From positions 355,408-419,407 of the forward strand of contig RHPI01003330.1 of assembly GCA_009103225.1 (NCBI GenBank): a stretch of 64,000 nt of DNA, given 5' to 3'. Below, one piece after another: positions 63,723 to 64,000 of this stretch. The stretch is from Chlorokybus atmophyticus (lineage: Eukaryota > Plantae > Mesostigma and Chlorokybus algae). The notes under the pieces were generated by a model. It saw nothing but the letters and a program-made list of their open reading frames with translations. It made no database searches and was not told the origin of the DNA. A program made the translations under genes and the position numbers. Every line of letters begins with the position of its first letter. The first letter of the stretch is position 1.

Positions 63723-64000
63723 TATTTGCAGTGCCGTCGTATGTCGTGTATTGCTACCGTAGCGTTGCATGGTTTATATGCATTGCATATAAGGTTATAG
63801 ATGTCGTTAACAGCAGGTGTCTTGAGGCCCCCCGAGGGCGGGGGACGATCGCATGACAATACTTGATTTTGCTGTTACCAATCCATTATTTTCGGGTGAG
63901 GTTTATGCTGGCCAAGAGCTAACTCCAAGACTTGGAAAAAGCAGTTGCGCTGATGGGCGGCTCCGCTTAAGTTTGCGTGTGTGTAGTGGGGGGTGGGGTG

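Overview
Eukaryotic nuclear DNA from a green-lineage alga. This is inferred from plastid-targeted genes, a centriolar-satellite gene (CCDC112-like), plant-type DnaJ72 and CDC14-like proteins, telo-box motifs and many short GT-AG introns; the species is not identifiable from the sequence alone. The ORF track mostly shows exon fragments, so I spliced genes by hand. Gene order: FkbM methyltransferase (-, runs off the left edge), ABCB half-transporter (+), REV1 (-) head-to-head with NBS1 (+), a ~7.5 kb repeat/TE-like desert (18.1-25.9 kb), CDC14/SIN-like ARM protein (-), plastid RPL10 (+), an orphan membrane protein (-), an IFI44-like P-loop GTPase with an N-myristoylation motif (+), CCDC112-like (-), SULTR sulfate transporter (+), TDP2 (-), GatA (+), DUF3128/EMI1-like (-), DnaJ72-like (+). 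A decayed region follows (53.7-64 kb) with an old ~3.4 kb duplication, a gene with one nonsense codon, a zinc-finger/TPR pseudogene and an LTR/TRIM-like insertion. No rRNA, tRNA or CRISPR array was seen. The most notable observations are a perfect 74-bp inverted copy of the TDP2 stop-codon region inside its own 3'UTR, the IFI44-like GTPase, the REV1/NBS1 divergent pair, tandem duplications across 3' splice sites, and many fold-back hairpins across the window. Exon boundaries and family names come from manual translation and remembered motifs, not database searches.
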